A DNA stretch of 64,000 nt from Candidatus Acetothermia bacterium. Lineage in GTDB: Bacteria > Bipolaricaulota > Bipolaricaulia > Bipolaricaulales > Bipolaricaulaceae. Of this stretch, positions 26,827 through 35,463 are shown piece after piece. Position 1 is the first letter of the stretch; every line of letters begins with the position of its first letter. The DNA is taken from the NCBI GenBank assembly GCA_003566155.1, contig PXEP01000172.1:1408-65407 (forward strand). The letters run 5' to 3'. Both the position numbers and the translations under genes were made by a program. Below the pieces are notes generated by a model, which saw only the letters and a list, made by a program, of their open reading frames with translations, was not told the DNA's origin and did no database searches.

Positions 26827-27201
26827 ATGGCAAGAATAGCTGGAGTCAACCTGCCGGCGAAGAAGCGGATCGAAGTCGGACTTACGTATATTTTTGGCGT
26901 TAGGTACGCCAGAGCGCAGGAGGTTTTGCGTGAGACCAACGTGGATCCGAACACGAAGGTGATGGACCTTACCGAGCAGGAGGTAACCCTGCTCCGCCGG
27001 GCGGTGGAGACCCGACCGGTGGAAGGCGATCTGCGCAGGCAGGTGAGGGGTAATATACAGCGGCTGCAGGAGATCGGATCGTATCGAGGCGTGCGACACA
27101 AGCAGGGGCTTCCCGTGCGCGGTCAGAAGACGCAGGCTAACGCACGCACGTGGAAGGGGCCGCGCCCGTCGCAAGCGGGAAGCAGGAAGGAAAAGCGGTA
27201 G
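26827..27201 (+). CDS. rpsM: 30S ribosomal protein S13
   Basis: [25 protein letters not shown]...[26 protein letters not shown]. Confidence 0.98.
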   Translation: MARIAGVNLPAKKRIEVGLTYIFGVRYARAQEVLRETNVDPNTKVMDLTEQEVTLLRRAVETRPVEGDLRRQVRGNIQRLQEIGSYRGVRHKQGLPVRGQKTQANARTWKGPRPSQAGSRKEKR

Positions 27202-27204
27202 GCT

Positions 27205-27573
27205 ATGGCCAGAACACGTGCTCGAACAGCGGCTCGAAGGAAGAAGAAGACGATCAAGCTGGATCGTGCTCGGGTGCACGTGCATTCAACGTTCAACAAC
27301 ACGATCCTTACACTTACGGATCCCAACGGGGATGTTATCCTCTGGAGGTCGCCGGGCACAGTGGGGTTCACCGGATCTCGCAAAGGGACCCCTTATGCCG
27401 CGCAGATGGCCTGTTCGGCGCTGGTACGGGACATGAAGGAATTCGGGGTCCGATCCGTGACGGTTACGGTGAACGGGACTGGTTCTGGAAGGCAGGCCGC
27501 TGTACAGACACTGCGGTCGTCGGGACTGCAGGTGGAAGAGGTCAAGAACGTGACCCCCACGGCACATTCGTAG
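27205..27573 (+). CDS. rpsK: 30S ribosomal protein S11
   Basis: Contains ...VHVHSTFNNTILTLTDPNGDVILWRSPGTVGFTGSRKGTPYAAQ... Confidence 0.98.
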   Translation: MARTRARTAARRKKKTIKLDRARVHVHSTFNNTILTLTDPNGDVILWRSPGTVGFTGSRKGTPYAAQMACSALVRDMKEFGVRSVTVTVNGTGSGRQAAVQTLRSSGLQVEEVKNVTPTAHS

Positions 27574-27586
27574 GAGGGAACGAGCT

Positions 27587-28210
27587 ATGGGACGATACAC
27601 AGGCGCGAAGTGCAGGCTCTGCCGGCGGGAGGGAGCCAAGCTTTTTCTGAAGGGCGATAGGTGTTTTTCCGGACAGTGCGCAGTCGCGCGGCGTCCCACT
27701 CCTCCTGGGCAGCATGGGCGCTTTCGCCGCCGACCTACTCAATTTTCGATCCATCTGCGGGAAAAACAGAAGGCAAAGCGCATGTATTGCGTCGGCGAGG
27801 CGCAGTTCCGCAGGTATGTGGAGAAGGCCAAGGGATGGAAGGGAGTGACGGGTGAGGCGCTGCTGAGATATCTTGAGAGCCGCCTGGACAACGTTGTCTA
27901 TCGAGCCGGATTCGCCTCCTCCCGTGAGCAGGCCCGCCAGTTCATCAACCACGGGCACTTCCATGTCAACGGGCGACACACGGATATTCCGTCCTATCTG
28001 GTCCAGGAGGGGGACGTGGTGGAGGTGAAGCCGGGCTCTCGGGACAAACTGCGAGAGCAAGTGAAGGCCGCTTCGCAGAGGCGTGCTGTGCCCGCTTGGC
28101 TGACCAGGGATGTGGAAGCCCTGCGGTTCCAGATGACCAGCGAGCCCAGCCTCGAGGATTTGGAACAATCCATCGAGGTCAACCTAATCGTTGAGTACTA
28201 CTCGAGGTAG
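27587..28210 (+). CDS. rpsD: 30S ribosomal protein S4 (Cys4 N-terminal form)
   Basis: MGRYTGAKCRLCRREGAKLFLKGDRCFSGQCAVARRP..PGQHG...LESRLDNVVYRAGFASSREQARQFINHGHFHVNG. Confidence 0.97.
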   Translation: MGRYTGAKCRLCRREGAKLFLKGDRCFSGQCAVARRPTPPGQHGRFRRRPTQFSIHLREKQKAKRMYCVGEAQFRRYVEKAKGWKGVTGEALLRYLESRLDNVVYRAGFASSREQARQFINHGHFHVNGRHTDIPSYLVQEGDVVEVKPGSRDKLREQVKAASQRRAVPAWLTRDVEALRFQMTSEPSLEDLEQSIEVNLIVEYYSR

Positions 28211-28214
28211 GGGA

Positions 28215-29141
28215 ATGCCTGAGTTTGTTTACCCAGACAAGATGGAATGGCTGGAGACCGGAGTTACCTACGGCCGGCTTGCCGTAGAGCCCCTGGAGCG
28301 GGGATATGCTACGACCTTGGGAAACTCCCTCCGCCGGGTGCTTCTGTCCAGTATTCCCGGGGCCTCGATAGTGCGGGTGAACTTCGCCGGCAAGTATCAT
28401 GAGTACGAGACGATTCCCGGAGTACGCGAGGATGTGCTGACCGTTATCCTCAATTTGAAGGCGCTTGCGCTACGCTGTACGGATGACGAGGCGCATCGGT
28501 TGTACCTGGAGGCCTCCGGTGAGGGGCCTGTGTTGGCCGGACAGATCGAAGCCCCTACAGGGGTTGAGGTGATGAACCCCGAGTTGGAGGTGGCAACGCT
28601 CACCGGGGACGGCCGACTGGAAGTCGAAATGGAAGTGGAAACGGGACTGGGGTTCCGCAACGCCGATGACAACAAACGACAGGATGCTCCGGTGTCCCTT
28701 ATACCGATAGATTGCGATTTCTCCCCTGTGGACCGGGTGAACTTCTTGGTGGAGGACACGCGCGTTGGGGGTATGTCCGGTTACGAGCGGATGATCCTCG
28801 AGGTTTACACCAACGGGGCAATCAGCCCGCAAGAAGCGGTGTCGCAAGCGGTGGAGATACTGCAGCGGCACATGGAGTTCTTGGCGGGCACCACCATAGT
28901 GCAGCCTGAAGCAGAAGAGGAGACCCCCGGGGAAGATATGACGCCCCTTACAGAGTTGGGACTCGATCCGCGGGCGTGCAATCTCCTGCGCGAGGAAGGA
29001 ATCGTGACGCTGGGCGATCTCATTTCCCGAAGCCGTGAGGAGATCCTGGACATCCACGGATTCGGTGAGAAGACGCTAGAACGGGTAGCCGCTCAACTGG
29101 CGGAGCTGGGGTACGAGATCCGGTCGGAGAAGGAGGAATGA
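28215..29141 (+). CDS. rpoA: DNA-directed RNA polymerase subunit alpha
   Basis: ATG 28215 within ORF 28191..29141. ...GRLAVEPLERGYATTLGNSLRRVLLSSIPGASI...; the C-terminal domain reads LGLDPRACNLLREEGIVTLGDLISRSREEILDIHGFGEKTLERV. Confidence 0.97.
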   Translation: MPEFVYPDKMEWLETGVTYGRLAVEPLERGYATTLGNSLRRVLLSSIPGASIVRVNFAGKYHEYETIPGVREDVLTVILNLKALALRCTDDEAHRLYLEASGEGPVLAGQIEAPTGVEVMNPELEVATLTGDGRLEVEMEVETGLGFRNADDNKRQDAPVSLIPIDCDFSPVDRVNFLVEDTRVGGMSGYERMILEVYTNGAISPQEAVSQAVEILQRHMEFLAGTTIVQPEAEEETPGEDMTPLTELGLDPRACNLLREEGIVTLGDLISRSREEILDIHGFGEKTLERVAAQLAELGYEIRSEKEE

Positions 29142-29142
29142 G

Positions 29143-29493
29143 ATGAGGCATCGTCGCAAAGTTCCCAAGTTGAGCATGGACCGCGCCCGCCGCCGGTCGG
29201 TCCTCTCGGGGCAGGCCACGGCGTTAATCTTGGACGGCAAAGTCGACACCACTCCCCCCCGCGCCCAGGCGACGCAGAAGGCAGTTGAGCGACTCGTCAC
29301 CTGGGCCAGACAGGGGGACCAAGCATCGCAGCGCAGGGGGTATTCGTTCCTCGGCAGTAAGCAGGCTACGGAGAAGCTGTTCCAGGAGATTGCGGTGCAG
29401 TATAGGGATCGTGACGGAGGCTATACGCGCGTGCTTAAGCTTGGTCCCAGGCGAGGAGACGGCGCTGAGGTGGCGCGCCTGACGTGGGTGTGA
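29143..29493 (+). CDS. rplQ: 50S ribosomal protein L17
   Basis: MRHRRKVPKLSMDRARRRSVLSGQATALILDGKVDTTPPRAQ...DRDGGYTRVLKLGPRRGDGAEVARL. Confidence 0.97.
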   Translation: MRHRRKVPKLSMDRARRRSVLSGQATALILDGKVDTTPPRAQATQKAVERLVTWARQGDQASQRRGYSFLGSKQATEKLFQEIAVQYRDRDGGYTRVLKLGPRRGDGAEVARLTWV

Positions 29494-29494
29494 G

Positions 29495-29878
29495 ATGAGC
29501 AAGGGACCTGTAGTGCCCCCAGGTGCAGCGCCTGTCGGGCCGTACTCCGCAGCCTACAGGGCGGGCGAGTTCGTGTTTGTGTCCGGGCAGATCCCTCTGG
29601 GCCCCGATGGGGCGTTGGTGGGTCAAGGGATCGAAGAGCAGACTCGAGCTTGCTTGGACAATCTGCGACGGGTGTTGGAGGCAGGTGGGGTTACGCCGGC
29701 CCAAGTGGTGAAGGCTACCATCTTCCTCACCGACATGGCGGAGTTCGGCACGGTAAACGAGATCTACGGAGCGTTCTTCGGCGAGCATAGGCCAGCGCGC
29801 GCATGCGTGGAGGTCGGTGCGCTCCCCAAGGGTGCCAAAGTGGAGATCGAAGCGATTGCCTATGTGGGTGAGGCGTGA
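29495..29878 (+). CDS. ridA: RidA/YjgF-family reactive-intermediate deaminase
   Basis: 127 aa: ...PVGPYSAAYRAGEFVFVSGQIPL...QTRACLDNLRRVLEAGG...VVKATIFLTDMAEFGTVNEIY..FF....PARACVEVGALPKGAKVEIEAIA. It starts 2 nt after rplQ. Confidence 0.92.
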   Translation: MSKGPVVPPGAAPVGPYSAAYRAGEFVFVSGQIPLGPDGALVGQGIEEQTRACLDNLRRVLEAGGVTPAQVVKATIFLTDMAEFGTVNEIYGAFFGEHRPARACVEVGALPKGAKVEIEAIAYVGEA

Positions 29879-29997
29879 GGGGCCAAGTATAAGATAGGCT
29901 TGTGGCCTACTGGAACGTATCAGAGCAGCCTGTGGCCCGTGGTTCGTAGCTTGTGGAAACACCAAGCCCCTTGGCCGAGCGGCGCAGCGTGCCTGAC

Positions 29998-30103
29998 CCC
30001 ATCATCCGTTGAAGTACGCCCAGTAACCCTTAAATGCACGCCCATCTGAATGCACGCCCATCATGCGTTGAACGTACGCTCAGCATATCCCTTGAATGCA
30101 GCG
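29998..30103. repeat. degenerate tandem direct repeat, three units (43 + 16 + 47 nt)
   Basis: Unit 1 is CCCATCATCCGTTGAAGTACGCCCAGTAACCCTTAAATGCACG. Unit 2 is CCCATCTGAATGCACG, an internally deleted copy. Unit 3 is CCCATCATGCGTTGAACGTACGCTCAGCATATCCCTTGAATGCAGCG. Located in the non-coding gap between the convergent ridA and tdh. Confidence 0.7.
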
Positions 30104-30122
30104 TGGCAGCTTGCCTGCCACG
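30102..30122. other. perfect 8-bp GC-rich hairpin abutting the repeat array
   Basis: CGTGGCAG (30102-30109), loop CTTGC, CTGCCACG (30115-30122), followed by TT only. This is not a canonical U-tract terminator. Confidence 0.5.
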
Positions 30123-30232
30123 TTCGCCGCGAGGACCTGGCTGACCAACATCGGAGACAAACTCGGACGCTCGGACCGAGAGCTACAAGGGGCAGGCCTT
30201 GCCTTTCCTCCTTACGCCTCGCGCCTCACTCC

Positions 30233-31285
30233 TCACTGTCCTGGATACAGCACAACCTTGATCGCTTTGCGGTTCAGCAGCTTGTCCATGCCTTCCTGCC
30301 AGCCGCTCAACGGAAACTCGTCCGTTATAACGCGCTGCACATCCACTTGGGGAAGAAAGCGCTCTGCTTGATGCCACGTCTCAAAAATCCTTCTGCCTAC
30401 CAGCCCGAGAAGCTCTACTTCCTTGAACACAAGGTCTGCTGTGTTCAGGGACAACGGCCGAGCGGGGATGCCGAAGGCGATCACCCTCCCTCCGGGGCGC
30501 ACCATATCTACGGCTTGCTGCAGTGCTACCTCGGCTCCGGACATTTCCAGGACTACATCCGCTCCCAGGCCCTCGGTTAGCCGGTTGATCAGGGCCACCG
30601 GATCTTCATGGGATGCATTGATGGTCTTGTGTGCGCCCAGCTCGGCGGCGATTTCCAGGCGATCGTCCAGTAGGCCTACATTCCACACTGCAGCGGCCCC
30701 CGCGGCACGGGCTACTCCGGCGGCCAGCAGCCCGGTGGGCCCGTCACCGATTATCACAACGTTCTTGGCCGGCACGGCTGCCTTCATCACCACATGTACC
30801 GAGTTTCCAAACGGTTCCATGACCGTTGCCGCCTTGGGGGGGAGTCTCGGGTCGGCATGCCATACGACGCTTGCCGGCACGGCCAAGTACTCGGCGAACG
30901 TTCCATTCCTGTCCACGCCAAGGATTTCCACATTGCGGCAGATATGCGCATTTCCTGTGTGGCAGAGGTAGCAAGTGCCGCAGAAAATGTGCGTCTCGGC
31001 TGTTACGTAGTCGCCCGGTTGAACGTGATGAACCTCGGACCCCACACTTTCCACATACCCGGCGTGTTCATGACCGAGAATCTGCGGGACATGGATCCTG
31101 GAACGGGCCCATTCGTCCCATGAGTAGATATGCATGTCCGTCCCGCAGATGGAGGCAGCGGACACGCGGATAAGCACCTCCGCGGGGCCTGGCTTTGGGA
31201 CATTCCAGTTTACTAGGTCAGCACCTGGTTCCGGTCTTGTCTTGGCAACAGCTTGCACGACGATCTCATTCCTCTCTGAAAGCAT
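30233..31285 (-). CDS. tdh: L-threonine 3-dehydrogenase (zinc-dependent MDR family)
   Basis: ATG 31283-31285 (MLSERNEIVV...) within the longer ORF 30233..31639(-). ...VSAASICGTDMHIYSWDEWA...GHEHAGYV...CGTCYLCHTGNAHIC...VIIGDGPTGLLA. Paired with kbl. Confidence 0.9.
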   Translation of the reverse strand: MLSERNEIVVQAVAKTRPEPGADLVNWNVPKPGPAEVLIRVSAASICGTDMHIYSWDEWARSRIHVPQILGHEHAGYVESVGSEVHHVQPGDYVTAETHIFCGTCYLCHTGNAHICRNVEILGVDRNGTFAEYLAVPASVVWHADPRLPPKAATVMEPFGNSVHVVMKAAVPAKNVVIIGDGPTGLLAAGVARAAGAAAVWNVGLLDDRLEIAAELGAHKTINASHEDPVALINRLTEGLGADVVLEMSGAEVALQQAVDMVRPGGRVIAFGIPARPLSLNTADLVFKEVELLGLVGRRIFETWHQAERFLPQVDVQRVITDEFPLSGWQEGMDKLLNRKAIKVVLYPGQ

Positions 31286-31381
31286 TGTACGTGGCGGATA
31301 ACGCTGACACAAAGGTGACATTTGCTCAATCTTTCCCGTGCGGGTAAGCTGTTTTGAGGATTCTGCGAAGGGAGGAACCGC

Positions 31382-32557
31382 ATGGGCAAGTACGATGTCA
31401 TCAACCAGGCATTGGAGGGCCTGAAGGAGCAAGGGCTGTACAACATCATTCGCCGCATCGACAGCGCTGTGGGGCCGTGGACTGTGGTCGATGGTAAGCG
31501 TGTGTTGAACATGTGTTCGAACAACTACCTGGGGTTCGCCAACCATGAACGTTTGAAGCGGGCTGCGCTGCGAGCGGTGGAGGAGTACGGAGTCGGTCCG
31601 GCGGCGGTGCGGTCCATCGCTGGCACCATGAGCCTCCACGAGGAGCTGGAGAAGAAGTTGGCCGCGTTCAAGGGGACCGAGGATGCGGTGTCGTTTCAGT
31701 CCGGTTTCTGCGCCAATCTGGCGGCAATTCCAGCTGTGGCGGGCAAAGAGGCTGCGATCTTCACCGACCAGCTAAACCACGCGTCGATTATCGATGGCTG
31801 TCGGCTGACCAAGGCTGAACGGGTGATCTTCCCCCATCGGGATACGGAGGCTCTGAAAGCTTCTTTGGAAGAGCATAAGGACAAAAAGGTCAAGCTGGTC
31901 ATCACCGACGGCGTGTTCTCCATGGATGGCGATCTGGCGCCTCTGCCTGAGCTTGTGGAGGCCGCTGAGGCGCACGACGCGTTGGTGCTGGTTGATGACG
32001 CACATGGCGAAGGTGTATTGGGAAGTCACGGGCGAGGTATCGTTGACCACTTTGAACTGCATGGGCGAGTGGACATGGAGGTAGGCACACTGTCCAAGGC
32101 GTTCGGCGTAGTGGGCGGATACGTGGCTGGAAAGCGAGAGATCGTCGAGTATCTCAGGCAACAGGGTCGGCCGTTCTTGTTCTCCAGCGCCACCACCCCT
32201 GCGGACATGGCAGCATGCATCGCAGCCGTAGAGGTACTCGAACAGAGTGACGAGTTGGTACGTGCGCTGTGGGACAACACCCGCTACTTCAAAGGAGAGA
32301 TGGCTGGGCTGGGATTCGATACGGGAGCGTCGGAGACGCCGATCACTCCGGTTATGCTGGGTGAGGCGCAGCTTGCGTGGGACTTCTCCAAGCGATTGTT
32401 CGAACAAGGGGTGTTTGCCCAGGCGATTGCCTATCCGACAGTGCCCAGGGGCAGAGCCCGCATCCGAGTTATGCTATCTGCCGGGCACAGCAAGCAAGAC
32501 TTGGACTATGCCCTGGAGGCATTTGGCAAGGTGGGCCGGGAGCTTGGGGTTCGGTAA
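31382..32557 (+). CDS. kbl: 2-amino-3-ketobutyrate CoA ligase (glycine C-acetyltransferase)
   Basis: 391 aa: ...[13 protein letters not shown]...[11 protein letters not shown]...[15 protein letters not shown]...VDDAHGEG...GTLSKAFG (PLP Lys). Confidence 0.93.
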   Translation: MGKYDVINQALEGLKEQGLYNIIRRIDSAVGPWTVVDGKRVLNMCSNNYLGFANHERLKRAALRAVEEYGVGPAAVRSIAGTMSLHEELEKKLAAFKGTEDAVSFQSGFCANLAAIPAVAGKEAAIFTDQLNHASIIDGCRLTKAERVIFPHRDTEALKASLEEHKDKKVKLVITDGVFSMDGDLAPLPELVEAAEAHDALVLVDDAHGEGVLGSHGRGIVDHFELHGRVDMEVGTLSKAFGVVGGYVAGKREIVEYLRQQGRPFLFSSATTPADMAACIAAVEVLEQSDELVRALWDNTRYFKGEMAGLGFDTGASETPITPVMLGEAQLAWDFSKRLFEQGVFAQAIAYPTVPRGRARIRVMLSAGHSKQDLDYALEAFGKVGRELGVR

Positions 32558-32582
32558 GGCCCGGCCCCACCCTGCTCCTTGT

Positions 32583-33128
32583 TTAGAGCCCCAGGTCACC
32601 GCGGACCTCCTGCATCGCGGCTAGAACCACGCCCACGAACTCGAGAAGGTCCATGCCCAACTGATCGCAGGATGCGATTGCTTTCCGCGATGCCGTCCGG
32701 GCGAAGTCTTTCTCTTTGTATCGCTTCATCACACTTTCGGCTGTGAGACCTCCTAGGCGCTCGGGATGGACGAGCGCGGCAGCCACGACGAGCCCGGTCA
32801 GCGGATCGACGGCGCCCAGCGCCTGCCCCATGGAACTGGAGGGTGCTTGGTGTCCGGCGTGGGCAAGTATCGCATCGAGTACCTCCTCATCGTGCAATCC
32901 CTCCTCTCGGAGCAGTTGGACCGTCCTAAGGCCGTGTCGATCGGGCTCGTCCTTAGTTTCCTCGTAGTCTAGATCGTGGATCAATCCGGCCAATCCCCAC
33001 CGCTCGGGGTCTCCTCCCTGGCGGGGGGCGAGTGCCTTCATGCCCGCTTCCACCGCCAGCATATGCTTTACTAGATTGCGGTTGTGGACGTTGTGTTTCA
33101 CCAGTTCCAATGCCTTAGCGCGGTTCAT
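32583..33128 (-). CDS. HD/HDIG-domain metal-dependent phosphohydrolase
   Basis: 181 aa: ...NLVKHMLAVEAGM...AGLIHDLDYEE...ILAHAGH. Confidence 0.8.
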   Translation of the reverse strand: MNRAKALELVKHNVHNRNLVKHMLAVEAGMKALAPRQGGDPERWGLAGLIHDLDYEETKDEPDRHGLRTVQLLREEGLHDEEVLDAILAHAGHQAPSSSMGQALGAVDPLTGLVVAAALVHPERLGGLTAESVMKRYKEKDFARTASRKAIASCDQLGMDLLEFVGVVLAAMQEVRGDLGL

Positions 33129-33985
33129 GCCACCTCCTTGGTTGACAGCGTGCCTGACGCTTCCACCGAGTGGACCATCGGGTCGGAAAGGATCGCCAGG
33201 AGTTCTTCTCGGTCCGGGCGCATTGTTTGCACCCCATCACCGCGGCGCACCAGGACCGCTGACGTCTCGCCGGCGCGCAAGTTGGCCCGCAGCCTGGGAT
33301 CGGCCTTGGCCATAACGTAATCGCACAGGTCGGGAAGCGGACACTGCGGACACCGCGGGCGGCGAGCTACGCACACCTGGCGTCCTAGATTGATGAGGTT
33401 CAGGTGTAGGGGGAGCTGCCGACCCTGGGGAATCAAGGGGGCCAGGACCGCATGGGGTTCTCCGCTGGCAGGCCGTACCCCGAGCCGCTGGGTCACCCGT
33501 GCTACATGTGTGTCCACCGGAAAGCGGGGGATAGCGTACCCCATCAGCAGGACGATGTAGGCCGTTTTCTTTCCCACACCGGGAAGCGAAAGAAGCCACT
33601 GTTCGGCCTCCTCCGGCGTTAGGTTGCGCAGAAAGTCAAGCGACAATGCTCCCTGCTTTTGCACTATGAGCTGCAAGACGCTGAGGATCCTTTCAGCCCT
33701 TTGTTTGTGGAGTCCGGCTCCCTGGATGGCGTCGGCTATCTCCTGCGGTGTCGCTCCAAGTACGTCCTCCCAGGTAGGGAAGCGCGCCCGCAAGGACGCG
33801 TACGCTCGGTCTCGGTTGCGATCTGAGGTGTTCTGAGAAAGAATGGTTCGCACGAGGAGGTCCAACGGTTCGTGCTGCTCTGGTTGAGGATCTCCGTACA
33901 GGTCGGCTAGTCGGCGGTCGACCTCGGCCAACGTTACGCGGGCATCCATGGATGCAAGCATAGGGTAGGGGGAGTACACAGGCAA
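33125..33985 (-). CDS. nth: endonuclease III-family HhH-GPD DNA glycosylase with 4Fe-4S loop and C-terminal extension
   Basis: ORF 33125..33985(-). Start uncertain: TTG 33985, ATG 33961 or ATG 33949. ...LVRTILSQNTSD...LLSLPGVGKKTAYIVLL...PVDTHVARV...CVARRPRCPQCPLPDLC, then about 55 extra residues. Confidence 0.85.
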   Translation of the reverse strand: MPVYSPYPMLASMDARVTLAEVDRRLADLYGDPQPEQHEPLDLLVRTILSQNTSDRNRDRAYASLRARFPTWEDVLGATPQEIADAIQGAGLHKQRAERILSVLQLIVQKQGALSLDFLRNLTPEEAEQWLLSLPGVGKKTAYIVLLMGYAIPRFPVDTHVARVTQRLGVRPASGEPHAVLAPLIPQGRQLPLHLNLINLGRQVCVARRPRCPQCPLPDLCDYVMAKADPRLRANLRAGETSAVLVRRGDGVQTMRPDREELLAILSDPMVHSVEASGTLSTKEVA

Positions 33986-34135
33986 TGCCGTCGGCGCAGG
34001 GGCTCATCGATGGCGTACGGGTAACACCGACGGCTGCGAGCGCGTGGGGACGGCTCGCTGGTGTGCTTTCGGAGACGGGGTCAACAAAGACCAACGTGCG
34101 CGGTCCGTATGGGGAGTGGCGAGAAAGGAGCACCG

Positions 34136-34546
34136 ATGATTGAGGCACGGAGCAAGCATACAGTGGTGGTACGGTTGCAGGATGGGGAGCAGCTCCCGGA
34201 TGCGCTCAAGGAATGCGGTTCAGCCGCCGCTGTGGTGGCCGGAGTAGGGATGCTGCGGGATGTGGTGCTGGGTTACTGGGATGGAGAACGGTACGTCGAG
34301 GAGCCAGTAGACGAGGCTGTTGAGTTGCTCTCCTTCCAGGGCAACATCGGCCAGCTCGAGGACAGCCCGGTGGTGCACGCCCATGTGGTTGTCGGAAAGC
34401 GTGATCTGACAGCTCTGGGTGGCCACCTTCTCCGAGCCACCGTTCATAACACCGCAGAGCTGGTGGTGCTCACTTTGCTGGGCGTGAGGCTGGAGCGAAG
34501 GCCCGAACCAACGGGACTCCCAGGGTTGTATCCGATTGAGGAGTGA
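34136..34546 (+). CDS. PPC (DUF296) domain protein
   Basis: ATG 34136 after AAAGGAG, within ORF 34061..34546. ...VVVRLQDGEQLPDALKE......VAGVGMLRDVVLGYWDGERY.......VELLSFQGNI......VHAHVVVGKRDLTALGGHLL.ATV.NTAELVV. Confidence 0.8.
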   Translation: MIEARSKHTVVVRLQDGEQLPDALKECGSAAAVVAGVGMLRDVVLGYWDGERYVEEPVDEAVELLSFQGNIGQLEDSPVVHAHVVVGKRDLTALGGHLLRATVHNTAELVVLTLLGVRLERRPEPTGLPGLYPIEE

Positions 34547-34642
34547 GGGGGGGCATGCGTCCCTTGCCGGGCGACCCCCTTACACGGGAAATGCGCTGGG
34601 CGTTGCCTTGGGCACAGACTGCAAGCAAGCGGCAGGCAGCCG

Positions 34643-35434
34643 TCACGGGTTGTAGAACTCGGATCGGCGGTCGGCGAGGAGATCGTTCCATGGGTTGATG
34701 CGTTTGTCCCTGGCGAGGCGCGGTTCGATTTCCACTACCTGCACATCCTCTCCCTCCTCGGGGGAGTGGGCAAGGCGCGTCCCGTCGGGGGAGATGATCT
34801 GGGACAGTCCGGTGAAGCGAAGCGCTCGTCCCTCCCTGTTCTCTAGCCCTACTCGGTTGGCAGTGATGGTGAAAACTCTGTTCTCCAGGGCGCGTACGGT
34901 CATGGTGCGCTGCGCTACTCCGGGCATAACTAGATTGGCAGGATGGGCGATCACATCAGCCCCGCGGATGGCCAGAGTGCGTGCCGCCTCGGGGAAGAAA
35001 TGATCGAAGCAGATCATCAGCCCCACGCGGGCACCGTTCAGTTCGCACACCGGAAAATCCGTATTCCCCGGTGTGAACCAGCGCTTCTCCTCCGCGAACA
35101 GATGCACCTTGTGGTACACGGTTTCCAGCCCGTTGGGAGAGACGACCACCGCTGCGTTATACACGTTGCCCTCACCACGCGCGGCCAGGCCCGCCACGAT
35201 GCAAGCGGACAGGGATCGAGCAGTCTGCACCAGTCCCTGTGTGGTCGGACCGTGAGGAACATCCTCCGAAAGTCGCTCCACCTCCTCGGTGGACGTGAAC
35301 ACATATCCAGTGTTGAAGAGCTCAGGCAGGACCCACAGGTCGGCTTCCCCGGACGCCATCAACCGGCGGGCGCGCTGGAGGTTCTCATGCGGCTCGCCAA
35401 AGCGTGGTTCCATCTGCACGTAACCGACACGCAT
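34643..35434 (-). CDS. carbon-nitrogen hydrolase (nitrilase superfamily) amidase
   Basis: ATG 35432-35434 (MRVGYVQMEP..) within ORF 34643..35554(-). Glu-Lys-Cys triad contexts are LWVLPELFNTGY, YHKVHLF and GLMICFDHFFPE. Confidence 0.88.
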   Translation of the reverse strand: MRVGYVQMEPRFGEPHENLQRARRLMASGEADLWVLPELFNTGYVFTSTEEVERLSEDVPHGPTTQGLVQTARSLSACIVAGLAARGEGNVYNAAVVVSPNGLETVYHKVHLFAEEKRWFTPGNTDFPVCELNGARVGLMICFDHFFPEAARTLAIRGADVIAHPANLVMPGVAQRTMTVRALENRVFTITANRVGLENREGRALRFTGLSQIISPDGTRLAHSPEEGEDVQVVEIEPRLARDKRINPWNDLLADRRSEFYNP

Positions 35435-35463
35435 GCCGCATGGACTATAACCGAAGTCGCAAG

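Noticed and set aside
29998-30103. Possibility that the tandem repeats are a CRISPR remnant
   Set aside because: There are only three units of unequal length, arranged head-to-tail without spacers, with no repeat palindromicity of CRISPR type and no cas genes in the window.
31286-31639. 5' extension of the tdh ORF to 468 aa
   Set aside because: The extension runs antisense through the kbl start and has no MDR-family similarity. The tdh N-terminal motif begins right after the ATG at 31285.
34547-34579. G7...C5 GC-rich inverted repeat after the PPC gene as a bidirectional terminator
   Set aside because: Only the outer 5 bp pair cleanly, the interior needs bulges, and there is no T-tract. This is too weak to annotate.
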